From the NCBI GenBank assembly GCA_965200315.1, contig OZ241362.1, forward strand, positions 3,744,001 through 3,808,000: a stretch of DNA of 64,000 nucleotides, read 5' to 3'. The notes beneath the pieces were generated by a model, which saw nothing but the letters and a program-made list of their open reading frames with translations, made no database searches and was not told the origin of the DNA. This DNA comes from Candidatus Latescibacterota bacterium (GTDB lineage Bacteria; Latescibacterota; UBA2968; UBA8231). Below, one piece after another: positions 63,969 to 64,000 of this stretch. Each line of letters begins with the position of its first letter. The stretch's first letter is position 1. A program made the translations under genes and the position numbers.

Positions 63969-64000
63969 AGAAGCCGTCTGAAAACGCCAAGTTCGGCTCC
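63969..64000. mobile_element. Left end of a second copy of the MITE-like (or parent IS) element, truncated by the window end
   Basis: AGAAGCCGTCTGAAAAC is identical to 61564-61580. Confidence 0.55.

Overview
GC-rich bacterial chromosomal segment. The many PhyH dioxygenases, the sulfatase, the FGE-family protein with a C-terminal SWGxIK motif and the TPR/HEAT proteins suggest a Latescibacterota/Poribacteria-like marine or sponge-associated lineage (inference). Housekeeping and metabolic genes include feoAB, anmK, an M16C peptidase, tRNA-Phe, murA, hflX, gntK, an mrpEFGBCD-type antiporter cluster, serS and folD. They surround a roughly 12 kb defence island (26.8-38.9 kb) containing a vapBC-type TA module, a relic HTH/WYL regulator, a type I-C CRISPR-Cas locus in the atypical order cas5-cas8c-cas7-cas3-cas4-cas1-cas2, a 28-repeat/27-spacer array and a PemK/MazF-type TA module. 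The most striking unexplained signal is a set of solitary, degenerate CRISPR-repeat units outside the array. These abut the start codons of cas1, cas2 and an OSGIN-like oxidoreductase, and one loop-expanded structured copy lies between the MazF module and a PhyH gene. The two unrelated TA operons flanking the locus also share a 37-bp homologous promoter. Several decayed genes are present (hicAB, DUF3368, a metallophosphoesterase, a frameshifted RsmJ-like methyltransferase), as is a MITE-like repeat. All calls are by eye, with no database searches.
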